In this document: piece by piece, positions 35,613 through 51,566 of the stretch
Layout of the letters: every line of letters begins with the position of its first letter
Numbering within the stretch: position 1 is the stretch's first letter
NCBI GenBank assembly: GCA_963979005.1
Contig: CAXBVF010000001.1
Coordinates: forward strand, 177-64,176
From: an uncultured Candidatus Altimarinota bacterium
GTDB taxonomy: Bacteria; Patescibacteriota; Gracilibacteria; BD1-5; UBA6164
Direction of reading: 5' to 3'
DNA: 64,000 nt
Notes under the pieces: generated by a model
What the model saw: only the letters and a program-made list of their open reading frames with translations
Databases searched by the model: none
What the model was told of the DNA's origin: nothing
Position numbers and translations under genes: made by a program

Positions 35613-36041
35613 ATGAAAACTATTACTCCAACACAATTAAAAGGAGACGAAAGAAAATGGTATGTAATCGATGCTAAAGGTCAAACTTTAGGTAGATTAG
35701 CAACTCAACTTTCTGTTATTCTAAAAGGAAAAAACAAAGCATCGTTTGCTCCACATTTAGATAATGGTGATTACGTAGTTGTAACTAACTGTGATAAATT
35801 TAAAGTTACTTGAAAAAAAATGACTGATAAAATGTATTACAGACATACTGGTTACTTAGGTGGTCTTAAAGAAATATCTCTTGAAGATTTATTGGTTAAA
35901 AAACCTACTAAAGCATTAGAACTTGCTATTAGTGGAATGTTACCAAAAAATAAATTAAGAGCTGGAATGTTATCTAGATTGAAATTATTCACTTGAGATG
36001 ATCATTCATATGTTGCTCAAAAACCAGAACTTATAAAATAA
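35613..36041 (+). CDS. rplM: Ribosomal protein L13
   Basis: [43 protein letters not shown]..., 142 aa. Confidence 0.9.
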
Positions 36042-36050
36042 TAAACTGTT

Positions 36051-36443
36051 ATGGCAAATAAATACACTTATACTATTTGAAAAAGAAAAACTGCATCTGC
36101 TCAAGTAAAACTATTTGAGGGGAAAGGTGAGGATAAAGTTAATGGTAAAAAAATAACTGAATATATTACTAGATCAGATTTATTTGATACTATTTACTCT
36201 CCACTTAAACTTTGTAAAATAAAAGATAAATTTTATTTTGAAGTTGCAATTTCTGGTTCAGGAATCTCAGCTCAAGCTGAAGCTATTAGACATGGACTTG
36301 CTAGAAGCCTTGCTTCAAGTGATGAAGGGTTTAAAAAAGTTTTAAAAGCTGCTGGATTACTTACTAGAGATGCTAGAAAAGTGGAAAGAAAGAAACCTGG
36401 TAAACATAAAGCCAGAAAAGGAATGCAATGGTCAAAAAGATAA
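36051..36443 (+). CDS. rpsI: Ribosomal protein S9
   Basis: The C-terminus LLTRDARKVERKKPGKHKARKGMQWSKR is diagnostic. 130 aa. Confidence 0.9.
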
Positions 36444-36532
36444 TTTTTGACTTAAGTTATATTTTATATATAATCTTTGCGTTTTAAAAAATGAAATGAA
36501 AATTTCAATAATTTACTAACTATAATTGAAAA

Positions 36533-36949
36533 ATGCCTACTATTAATCAATTAATTAAAAGAAAGAGAAAAACTCCATCTACTAAGAGTAAATCTCCTGC
36601 ATTACAAATGACTAAAAATTCTATTAAGAAAACTACGTCTATAATGCCTGGAGGATGTCCTCAAAAAAGATGAGTTTGTGTTAAAGTAACTACTATGACA
36701 CCTAAAAAACCAAATTCTGCCTTAAGAAAAGTTGCAAGAGTTAGATTAACTAATGGAATGGAAGTTAATGCATATATTGGTGGTGAAGGTCATAACTTAC
36801 AAGAGCATTCTGTTGTTGCTATCAGAGGTGGTAGAGCAAAGGATTTACCATGAGTAAGATACCATGTTGTTAGATGAGTACTGGATTGTGAAGGTGTTCA
36901 AAACAGAAAACAAGGTAGATCATTATATGGTGCTAAAAAACCTAAATAG
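36533..36949 (+). CDS. rpsL: Ribosomal protein S12
   Basis: [12 protein letters not shown]...[31 protein letters not shown]... The invariant Gly of KRGVC is TGA at 36671-36673. Confidence 0.95.
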
Positions 36950-37039
36950 AAAATAAATCCATTTTAATTGGAAATTTTCGCGGAGTAAGCTCAACAATTG
37001 CTGAAAAAATCCGTATTTATTATTAATTGTTACAAAAAC

Positions 37040-37474
<435 letters not shown>

Positions 37475-37509
37475 TAGAAAAAATATTTAATTATTAATTT
37501 TTAAAAAAG

Positions 37510-37782
37510 ATGGCTCATAAGAAAGCTCAATGATCTACTAGTAATGGTAGAGATAGTAATGCCAAAAGACTTGGTGTGAAATTATTTGGGGGACAAAAAG
37601 CTATTTCAGGAAATATTATTGTTAAACAAAAAGGTAATAAATTCTGGCCAGCTCAAGGTGTTTCTCAATGAAGAGATTTTACTCTTTTCGCTACTTCTGA
37701 AGGAACTGTAAGTTTTTTCGAAAAGAAAAGAAAAAGATTTGATGGAAGAGTATACAAAGATACTTACGTTTCAGTTGTATAG
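37510..37782 (+). CDS. rpmA: Ribosomal protein L27
   Basis: [49 protein letters not shown]..., 90 aa. Confidence 0.9.
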
Positions 37783-37842
37783 TTATTAAATAATTCTTAG
37801 TTCTTAAATTAGATTTAAGACCTGGGAATTTTTTTTGTGCAT

Positions 37843-37866
37843 AAAAAATCCCACATTCCATGTGGG
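37843..37866 (-). terminator. Intrinsic terminator (GGAA tetraloop hairpin) for minus-strand transcription
   Basis: On the minus strand: cccacat, loop ggaa, tgtggg, followed by atttttt. Confidence 0.55.
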
Positions 37867-38032
37867 CATTTAATCATGATTCCTTTCTTAGTAAATTAGA
37901 AGCGCTATCTCTGTATTCTGAGATAGAGGACAGTTATAGTTACTGTCTACGGCATTGTTATAAAAAAACAATAAGGTAAGCCTCTAATAAACAAAGTTAA
38001 TCATAATGATAAATAAATAATAAACAATATAA

Positions 38033-39223
38033 TTATTTTATAACATCTCCTGGATTTGTATAACAATCATTTTCTAATATTCTTCATGGCATAGATGAAG
38101 TATTGATTCATGTTTTACAATTATCTCATATTATTATTCATAATTTTTGTAATCATGTATCTACTAATTCTCATTTAATAGGAACTCTTATATTTGCTTT
38201 ATCATGTCTAAGATTTGCAGTTAAAAATCATCAACCTAGGTTTATATTAGATCATAGTATAGAGTCTCAAACATAGCTTAAATGAGCTATATTTGTATTA
38301 TCTCAAATGCTTGTATTCTTTATTTCTACTGCATTTCATATCCTACATGATTCTCAGATAGTAGTTCCATTTCTCAGGTATGTATTTGGTCATATATTAG
38401 AGTCTTTTCCTATATAACAGTTTCATTCTATGTAAGTACCAGATTTAAGGATAGCTCACTCTTCTAAAATGATATTTCATTTAATAGTTACTCATTCTTC
38501 AACTGTTCATTTTATATTAGATTTTGACAAGTTGTCCAAAAATTGTGCATTTGCTGTTAAAATGTCCCAAGGATATCATATATCAATAAACTCTCATTCT
38601 ATCTCAAAAGCTTTGAAAGGGAACTGCTTAACAAACTCATTAATAGCGTCTGTTATTTCATATTCTCATCTTTTAGATATTTTAATATTTTTGACTATTT
38701 CAAATATTTTAGAATCAAATTTATAAATTCATAAGTTGGATAGGTTTCATATTTGTTCTATTTCTTTTGAATTTGGTTTTTCAACTATATTTAAAATATT
38801 ATCATCATTATCTATTTTATATATTCAGTATTTTTCGGGATTTGATACCTTTTGTACTAATACTCAGTATCAATTAAAATTAACTAACTTTTCTATATCT
38901 TTATAATCAAATATACTATCTCAGTTCATAATAATTACATCCATATCCGATTCTATTCATTTTATAGCAGCTCATGTACCTTTTTCACTCGATTGTTCTT
39001 TATATGTTACTTTTACTCATTTATAAGTATTTCAAACTGCTTTTTTAATTAAATCTTGTTTATATTTAACTATTATTATTATTTCAGCCACGTGCTTATA
39101 AATAGATTCTAAATTATACTCTAATATAGTTTTTCAAAATATTTTAATAAGTGGCTTTGGAACGGTATTTGTTATGGGTTTTAAACGAGTTCATTCTCCT
39201 GCGGCTAATATAATTGCTTTCAT
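38033..39223 (-). CDS. Sugar-1-phosphate nucleotidylyltransferase with a C-terminal left-handed beta-helix (GlmU/RmlA-like, archaeal-type bifunctional)
   Basis: 396 aa. The N-terminus is MKAIILAAGEGTRLKPITNTVPKPLI. The C-terminal hexapeptide repeats include IGDNTNIAHLSYVGDSILGSNINLGGG. Confidence 0.75.
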
Positions 39224-39400
39224 ATTTTTTGTATGTAATTAATATTTTTATTATTATAAACTAGCTTGAGTAAAAAGCAAAATTATATTAATTATTTTTT
39301 CACTATTTTTTAACATAAAAAATACTATTTTTACTTGATTACTAAGACATTATCAGTATATTTAATTAGTAATATTTTAAGTTATAAATAAGTTATAAAT

Positions 39401-41953
<2,553 letters not shown>

Positions 41954-41981
41954 TAAAAAAAGAGCTTTTAGCTCTTTTTTT
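41954..41981. terminator. Bidirectional terminator between gyrA and the convergent orphan operon
   Basis: A-run, agagc, loop tttta, gctct, T-run. Confidence 0.6.
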
Positions 41982-41982
41982 A

Positions 41983-42726
41983 TTATTTTAACCATTGATC
42001 TATTTCTTTTCAGTCAATTTTTATATCAAGCTTTAATTCTAATTTTTCAATTATATTTATTATTATATTAGTAATTCTTCAAGATCAGAAATTTTTTTTC
42101 AACCCTCTTAATAAAGATATAAAACTATTATTTGTTTCATCTTTTATTATTCAAAATGAATAAAAAATATATGTAAGTTTATTTATTTTCTTTCATTTAG
42201 CATTAAACGCATTTATTGAAAAAGAATTTCATTTACTCTTTTCTAAAATAGCATCTACTTCATCCTTAGTTTCTTTAACTCTTTTTCTATTTAGTTTGGA
42301 TAATCATCAAGTTCCTTTTAATTCAGATTTATTTTTATCTTTTTGATTTTTTCAAGGTGTTTCTTCGTGTTTTCATCTTGGTTTCCATTTAAAAGTTTTT
42401 CTAAACATATTGCTTAAAGTTGTATTTGGAAAATCAAGTTCTAGTTCATTTTTGATTATTTTTTCGATTCATCTAAAATCTATTTGTCTTTCATAGTATA
42501 GATAGTATAGGTATTCAACTGGGTCTGCTCAGTTTTCATATCTGTTACTTAAAGCTGTTTTTAGATTTGCTAACCTGAGTTTAGGTTTGTTGTATCTTCA
42601 ATTGAATTGCTTATTTTCATTAGTATGTTCATTCAAAAAATCATCCATATTTTTTATAAATCCATTAGTGTTTGGAAAATTTGGACAAAAAATCTCTTTG
42701 TTTATTTTTGTTATATAGTTTTTCAT
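41983..42726 (-). CDS. Hypothetical basic protein, fourth (last) gene of the orphan operon
   Basis: 247 aa with TGA=Gly. Its start lies 2 nt after the stop of the upstream gene. It is Lys/Asn-rich and I recognise no family. Confidence 0.5.
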
Positions 42727-42728
42727 TT

Positions 42729-44279
42729 TTATTTACTTAATTCTCTAAATTTATTTGTTTGAAAATAAGCTCAACCTATTATTCATTTAGTTCTAAGGTA
42801 AGCTGTAAATTTATCTTCTCATTCTATATTAAAGGTTCTAGAATCACTTAATCATGAACTGATTCATGAAAATTCTCTTAATTTTTGTTCTACTGAATTT
42901 AGATTAGTTAAATTACTTTTTTCTTGTTCTCAAGGATTTTCTATATTTGAAATAAATGTTAATAATCTATTTCAAAACTTTCTTAATTCTTCATCTTTTA
43001 TTGAATCACCATCGTTAGGATTTATATTTATATCTCAAATAGCTAGTAAAAGATTTTCTCTATGTTCCCACACTCATTCCAGATTTAATTTTTTGAAAAA
43101 TTCATAAAAATTGATTAAATTTTCAGTTGCTTCTGGATTTCAAAGAGTAAGATTTTTTTCTTTTTCGGAAATAACTAATCATTCAATTTTTTCTCAGTTT
43201 TTTCATAATATATTATATTTTCATTCTCAAACTGGGGAGTAGCTATCTTCAGTAGGAGCATAATAATTATTAGAAGTATCACTAATTTTGTCTTGTTCTA
43301 TATCATTATTTTCATCCTCATGTTCATCTAATTCTTCTTCATTGTTTTCTGTTTCAGAATTACTTTTTTCCATTTCTTCATATCAGTATCACTTGTAGTC
43401 TTTAACACTTTCAACTATATTAAAATTGTACTTCTTTTGTAGGTCTGTAAACCTTTTAATAGCTGGATCTATAGTTGATAATAAGTTTAGTGCATAGTAT
43501 TCATCAGAATCTTTTATTAACGAGTCTTTTGTTGAATCTTTTAGTTTATTAAGTAGTTTTGTATATTCAGAATAATTAGAAAATATATCTGTTAATTGAT
43601 CATAATCCCTTACTCATATATTTTTTAGTACATTAAAGTAATTTTTGTTATTTTTAAAAACTTGAACTACTCATTTAAATTGAGTTCTACTAGCTAGTAA
43701 CTCTTTGGCTTGCACTTTATTATAGTCTAATATTATATTAATTCATTCTTTATCTGTTGTTCTTACTGCTTCTGTTTTAGCTATAATCTCTTCAATTTGC
43801 CCTAAATTTAAATTTTCTCAATCTTTATCTAAGATTTGATCATGTAATAATAAAACTAGTGAATGAACATCAAAATCATCATTTATTTCAAATTTTTCTG
43901 CAAAAAAACTATAAGCATCTTCTCAGTTTTCTGTTGTAAATCAATCTAAAGAGCTTTTTAAAATATCTAGATTTATATTAGAATCTATATTTTTTACTTT
44001 TTCACCATCATGGGGATTAATGCTTGTTTTCTCTTGAGAGCTATTTTTTAAATTATCTAATGTTTCTAATAATTGTTTTAATCAATTTATAATATCTCAG
44101 CTTTCAGCTAATTTTTCTTGAATTTCTTTTTCAGCTGGGGATTGATTTAATTCATCTGTATCTAGTGAAAATAAACTATCATCTCAGTTTTCATAACGTC
44201 AAATAAGCTCTTTGATACTGTCTGTATCAAAAGTTTGTAACTCTTCTTGGCTTATATTATCTGTTATATTTTCTGGCAT
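42729..44279 (-). CDS. Hypothetical acidic protein (516 aa) whose C-terminal domain is shared with the 44608-46662 product
   Basis: Open with TGA=Gly. The C-terminal GNPEATENLINFYEFFKKLNLEGVWEHRE...GIIGGAYFQTNKFRE is paralogous to the C-terminus of the first operon gene. Confidence 0.6.
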
Positions 44280-44281
44280 TT

Positions 44282-44602
44282 TTAAAAATTTAGTAGTGTA
44301 TTTAATTCTTTTTCCTGTTCTAGTTTTTCATTAGATTCTTCTTGTTTAACTTTTATCATTTTTTCTTTTATCTTTATATTTTTTAACTCTTCTATTAATC
44401 ATAAGTGCTCTTTATATTTTTTATCTAGTAAGTCATAAATTAATTTATAATTTCATGTTTTTAGAAAATTTAATAATTGTTCTAGCTCGTTTAAAGTAAG
44501 CAATTTTATACTTTGCTTTATAGGTAGTTGTATAGATTTATTCTCGATATAAATTAATATATTTAGAACTTCATCCTCTATTATTTTTCTAGTAGTGTTC
44601 AT
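44282..44602 (-). CDS. Small hypothetical coiled-coil protein (106 aa), second gene of the orphan operon
   Basis: Open with TGA=Gly. It sits 5 nt after the upstream stop and 2 nt before the next start. Confidence 0.45.
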
Positions 44603-44607
44603 ATATA

Positions 44608-46662
44608 TTATTTAATATTTTCTCTTAGCTTATGTATATTGAAATATGCTCATCATATAATTCAAAATTGCCTAAGCGAGTACTTAAAAGGATCTTCTCA
44701 TTCTATTCATTTTGTAGTATTATCACTCATAGATGATAGAGCTCATGAAAATTTTCTTAGCTCATTCTTCATTCAGTCTATATTAGATTTTTGTGAATAC
44801 TCAGCATTGTTTTTTTGTTTTTTATTGTTCAAATTATTTACAATAGAGATAATAGAGTTTCAAAATTTTAGTAATTCTGCTTTTGATACAGAGTCTTTAT
44901 CATTAAAATTTATATTCCTATTTCATATACTTATAGCTATTTCTTCTCTATATTCCCAAACTGATTCTAGATTTAATTCTCTGAAAAATTCATAAAAATT
45001 GATTAAGTTTTCAGTTGCTTCAGGATTTCATTCTATAATTTTCTTTTCTTTTTCTGATATAATTAGTCATTCAATAATTTCTCAACTTTCTGTTTGTAAA
45101 GAATATGATCACTTAGAAATTTCAACTGGTTTATAATTTATTTCTGAAGTCGAATTCGATACAGATGGAATATCAATATTTTCGTCGTTAAAATACTTAG
45201 ATAATTTAGGGGATTTATTTACTATTTCTTGAATAGCTGCTTCTCTTCATTTTTCTTCTACTAAAATAGAATATTCATTAACTTCTTTTGATGTTAAATT
45301 ATTTGATACATATTGAATTCTTTCAGCTAATTGTATTTCTTGATTTATTTGTGCAAATGCTTGTTTAGAATAATCTGTAGGATTATCGTTCATTTGTTTT
45401 AGAACTTGTTTTTTTTCTTCTAAATTTGCTCATGTAATGGCTGAAGCTAAGTTTTGAAATTCATTATCACTTAGTTTTTTATTTTTGTTGTCTAAATATT
45501 GAGATATATTATCACTTTCTATAAATCTTTGTAATTCTTTATCAGTAAATGCTCTTAAATCAAATGAACATGGTTCTTCTCAAGGTGTATTTAAAATTTT
45601 TATTCATTCTTTAAGTATAAATAATGAAAATTTTTCTATTTCTATTTTTAATTCTTCTGGAATTTGTCATTCTATTCTAGATTTAATAATATTTGTAGTA
45701 GTTTCTATAGCTTTTTCTTCTCAAATTTTATTAATTAATTCAACTTGAGCTATAGTTAATATTTTTTCAAATTTTTTTCTATCTTTTAATTTTGGTAAAT
45801 TAGGACAAGATTTTGAATATTTTTCTGTAAAATTTTGTAATTTATTTATTGATACATTTCATATACTTGTAGGTAATTTATCTTCTGAAATATTTATAAC
45901 TAATAAAGGATTTTCTATTATATCAGAAAAATTTATAACTTTTTCAATTATTTTTTCAAATCAAGCATCTTTAAGCATATTTTTAGCAATGGTATCTTTT
46001 GTTTTTTTCCATAAATATTTTAAATCTTTTGTTTTTTCTGATCAAAATTTTTCTATTAAAATATTTTTAGTAATTCATCAGTTTTCATTTAAATACATGA
46101 TATAGTTAGCTATCTCACGAGAGTTTATGTCTTTTAATTTGAGACTTGGTTCTTGAAGTTTTGATTCAAAATCACTTATTTTAGTTATGTAGTTTCAAAT
46201 TTCTTTGTTGAATCATTTTACATATCAGTTTCAGAATCATAAATCTGGACCTCATAGTATTTCATCTATTAATTCATCCTGAGAAGTATTTAAATCTGTA
46301 GTGTCTATTCATACTGAATCTAACAAATCACTGGTAATTCATACTGTTTCTGGTATAAATGCTAGTTTATCAAATACTGAATGTTCTTTTGAATCTCCAC
46401 TAAGTTTATTTAATTGAGTTAATTCTAGTTTTATTAGATTTAGCTCGTTTTGAGTTATTGAGTTGTCATTTTTAAAACTATCGATTGCAGTTTGTCTTAT
46501 TTCTTCATATTCTTTTTTAATTTCATCCGTATCTTTTCATTTTTCTTCTGCTAAATTGATTATATTATCTGCATCTTTAAGCACCTGAATGGTCTCTTTT
46601 CTTATTTCTTCAGATGTTGAATCAGATTCAGTTATTTGTTTTTGTATTTGTTCACTAGACAT
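44608..46662 (-). CDS. Hypothetical acidic protein (684 aa), first gene of the orphan operon
   Basis: Open with TGA=Gly. The C-terminal GNPEATENLINFYEFFRELNLESVWEYRE...GIIGGAYFNIHKLRE is shared with the 42729-44279 product. Confidence 0.6.
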
Positions 46663-46798
46663 AGTGTTTATTTTTATAGTATATTTGTATTATTTTATCA
46701 TAAAAATTCATATTTTTCAAAAAACTAATATGTAACTTGAAAAAAAATAGTTTTTTATTATGATAGAGCCGATATTATAACTAATATAGAGAGTAAAT

Positions 46799-48619
<1,821 letters not shown>

Positions 48620-48631
48620 TATATATTATTT

Positions 48632-48961
48632 ATGTTAAAAAAATCAAATAAATTGAAAGTGTATTTAACTTGTCCTAATGATTTTGTAGAGCAAGTTAAA
48701 AAAGCTATTTGAGACGCTTGAGGGGCTAAAATGTGAAATTATTCTTATTGTTTTTTTGTATCTGATTGAAAATGATATTTTACACCTGAAAAGTGAGCCC
48801 ATCCTAATATTTGAGAGCTTTGAAAAGCTGAAATAGTAGATGAAAAAATGATAGAATTTATGTGTGAAAGTGATGTGATAGAACAGGTAGTTAAAGAAAT
48901 AAAAAGAGTTCATCCATATGAGGAAATAGGTATTGATATCCAAGAATTACTTGAGATATAA
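48632..48961 (+). CDS. Stand-alone NIF3/YqfO-type PII-like domain protein
   Basis: 109 aa. KVYLTCPNDFVEQVKKAIGDAGGAKMGNYSYCFFVSDGKGYFTPEKGAHPNIGELGK...VHPYEEIGIDI resembles the insert domain of YqfO/NIF3 proteins. Confidence 0.55.
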
Positions 48962-48991
48962 TTTAATTTGAAAAATCTATATTTAATAAAA

Positions 48992-49978
48992 ATGAATACA
49001 AAAGAGAAAATAAATATTACAACAATAGGTTGATGAAAAGGGAGTTATTGAATATTATCCTCTATAAGAGATAATGATGATTATAATATTTCCGCTATTA
49101 TTTCTATGTCTGATAGTGGATGATCTACTGGAGTATTAAGAGATGAATTTTGAGTTTTACCGCCATGAGATGTACGTAGATGAGTTATGGCATTATCAAA
49201 AGAACATGAAATAGTTAAGCAGCTTTTTGATTATAGATATGACAAAGAATGCTCAGTATGAGGTCATAATTTATGAAATTTACTTATAACTGCAATGGCA
49301 GATATAACAGGTAGTTTTGATAAATGATTAAAACAGATTTCAAAAATGTTTAGAGTAAAGGGGAGAGTTATTCCGGTGACTTTAGAATTATCACATTTAA
49401 ATGTTGAACTAGAGGATAAGACCATAGTTGAAAGTGAAACAAATATAGATTTAAAGTTAGATGAGAATTCATCTCCAATAAAAAAAGCCTATTTAACACC
49501 AGAAGTAAATGCAAATAATAAGGCTGTAAAAGCACTTGATAAATCTGACGTTATAATTATTTCTTTTTGAGATATTTATACTTCTATAGTTCCAAATTTA
49601 CTTGTAAAAGGTATAAAGGAAGCTATTAAGGCTAATAAAAAAGCTAAAGTTGTATATTTCTGTAATCTTATGACAAAGCCGTGAGAAACTACTAATTTTG
49701 AGGCTATAGACTTTGTAAATGTAATTGAAAAATATTTGTGAGAGGGGATTATTGATTTTGTAATAGTAAATAACTGATATATCTCTGAAAGAGTAGCTGA
49801 AAAATATAAATCTTTAGAAAAAAAGAGTCCAGTTAAGGTAAAAAACCACGAACTTTTTAAGAATAAATCTTATAAGGTTATGGAAGCTGATTTACTTCAT
49901 GAACATGATTGTGTTAGACATAGTTATGATAAGATTTCAAAAGTAATAGATAAACTTATAAGAAAAACTGTCAGATAA
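48992..49978 (+). CDS. yvcK: YvcK/CofD-family (UPF0052) protein
   Basis: 328 aa. Contains TTIGGGKGSYGILSSI, SMSDSGGSTGVLRDEFGVLPPGDVRR, GGHNLGNLLI, and FCNLMTKPGET. Confidence 0.8.
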
Positions 49979-50088
49979 AAAGCTATAATATAAAATTATG
50001 GCTTTTTATATTAATTAGTAAATATTGACAAACTATAATTTATATATATTGTTAATATATCTTACTTAACAAAAGGTAATGATTTAAA

Positions 50089-50490
50089 GTGAAAGTATTA
50101 ATAGTTTTTATTAAAATCTGTATGTATTGTTCAGTTACGGCATTTTTTGTAACTAGTTCATATATATCAATAAAAATTTATGATTTGGTTCTAATAAAGT
50201 TACCATATTATGAAAGTTTGTGGGAAGGGGGTTTTAGGACTGTCGAGAGTGTAGAAAAAGTATCTACTGCACTTTACCTGACAATTCCAGAACTCTCTAA
50301 AGAGGTTGCAAAAATAAGTACTTCTATGAAAACCATAGAGCAATCAATGGTTCGAATGGATTATTCTATTGGAACGATTTCTTTTACAATTTCCAATCAA
50401 ATGGGACATATGAACAATCAAATGGGACAACTCAATGATAGTTTCCATCCTATGGGAATGATGAAAAAAATGATGTTTTGGTGAAAATAA
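50089..50490 (+). CDS. Small membrane-anchored protein, TGA-free except for a penultimate TGA, compositionally atypical
   Basis: The track ORF 50089-50484 has a GTG start (ATG 50122 is an alternative). Under table 25 it reads through TGA 50485-50487 to TAA 50488-50490. All internal Gly are GGN. It has an N-terminal hydrophobic segment and a GC-rich terminator downstream. Confidence 0.5.
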
Positions 50491-50520
50491 GTATTGATAA
50501 ATATCTTGTTTTCTAATTTT

Positions 50521-50550
50521 AAAAAAGGGACCTAAAAGGCCCCTTTTTTT
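50521..50550. terminator. GC-rich bidirectional terminator
   Basis: aaaaaa gggacc taaaa ggcccc ttttttt, with one mismatch in the stem. Confidence 0.6.
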
Positions 50551-50740
50551 ATGTAAAATTATCTAATTTTTTTTCTAATTCTCTTAATTCTCTCTCTTCT
50601 TTTGCAAACTCTCAATTCTCTTTTGCCTGTTTAAGTTTTTCTTCTGCCATTATTTGAGCTATTTTCATATCACTAACATATTTAGCAACTTGAGCTTTGG
50701 TCATTTTAGCATTTGATCCTCCTGGTGCAAGTTCTGACAT
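50549..50740 (-). CDS. Small hypothetical coiled-coil protein downstream of recR
   Basis: 63 aa. MSELAPGGSNAKMTKAQVAKYVSDMKIAQIMAEEKLKQAKENGEFAKEERELRELEKKLDNFT. I recognise no family. Confidence 0.4.
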
Positions 50741-50764
50741 AATATATTAAAAATTAGTTAAATA

Positions 50765-51373
50765 TTATAATTCTTTTCTTTCTCTTAGAGCGTTAACTAT
50801 TGTTATGTTATCTGCATATTCTATATAACCAGATGAAAGTCATCTAGATAATTTTGTGACTTTTGTTTTGTATTTTAGACCTCTTTTTTCTATTTCCTCA
50901 GTTATATAACTACTTGTGGCTTCTCATTCAATATTTGGATTTGTTGCTAGAATTAGTTCTAGTTTATCATCTGAATTTTCTATTTTTTTAAATAATGATT
51001 CAAAATGTAAATCTCATATAAAAACTCAATTAATGGGGGATATTGCTCATCCGAGTATATGGTAAACTCATTTATATCATCTAGATTCTTCTAGTGTTAT
51101 CATATCTAGATATTCTTCAACTATGGCTATAGTTCATTTATCTCTTGATTCTGATGAACAAATATTGCATGTATCTCTTGATATATCTGTAAGTGAATGA
51201 CATGTATTACAAAAATGGACCTTATCTTTTATATTAAGTAAATTATCACTTAAATTGTCTATAAAGTTTTTATTCGAGTTTAATAGGAAAAAAGCTAATT
51301 TTGTAGCTGATTTTTCTCCTACTCAGGGAAGATAACTTATTGAATTAATTAGTTCTTTTAATGCTTCAGGCAA
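50765..51373 (-). CDS. recR: Recombination protein RecR
   Basis: 202 aa with a TTG start (an in-frame TAA lies two codons upstream of the TTG). Contains the helix-hairpin-helix LPGVGEKSATKLAFFLL, the zinc finger CNTC...CNIC, and the Toprim segment IAIVEE...YHILGGAISP...LILATNPNIEGEATS. Confidence 0.85.
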
Positions 51374-51566
51374 AACTTAAAATTTAAGAATAAGGATTTA
51401 ATCAATTTTAATCACTTATTAATATTTGTAAATAAAAAAGCTATAAATATTAGTATTATATTTAAAATAATTATCAGAAATAGTAAAGTTGTTATTTTAA
51501 GAATAATTGGATTTATTATTTATATAAGTATTATTAATATAGTTAATTATAAATTAATATAATTTT

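Noticed and set aside
37843-37866. A GGAA-tetraloop hairpin as helix 8 of an SRP (4.5S) RNA.
   Set aside because: The flanking conserved SRP internal-loop motifs (for example AGCA and GGUCC-type segments) are absent. The hairpin is followed directly by a T-run, so it is most simply a terminator.
50348-50360. ggttcgaatgg, which resembles a tRNA T-loop.
   Set aside because: No acceptor, D or anticodon arms can be drawn around it, and it lies in frame inside the 50089-50490 ORF.
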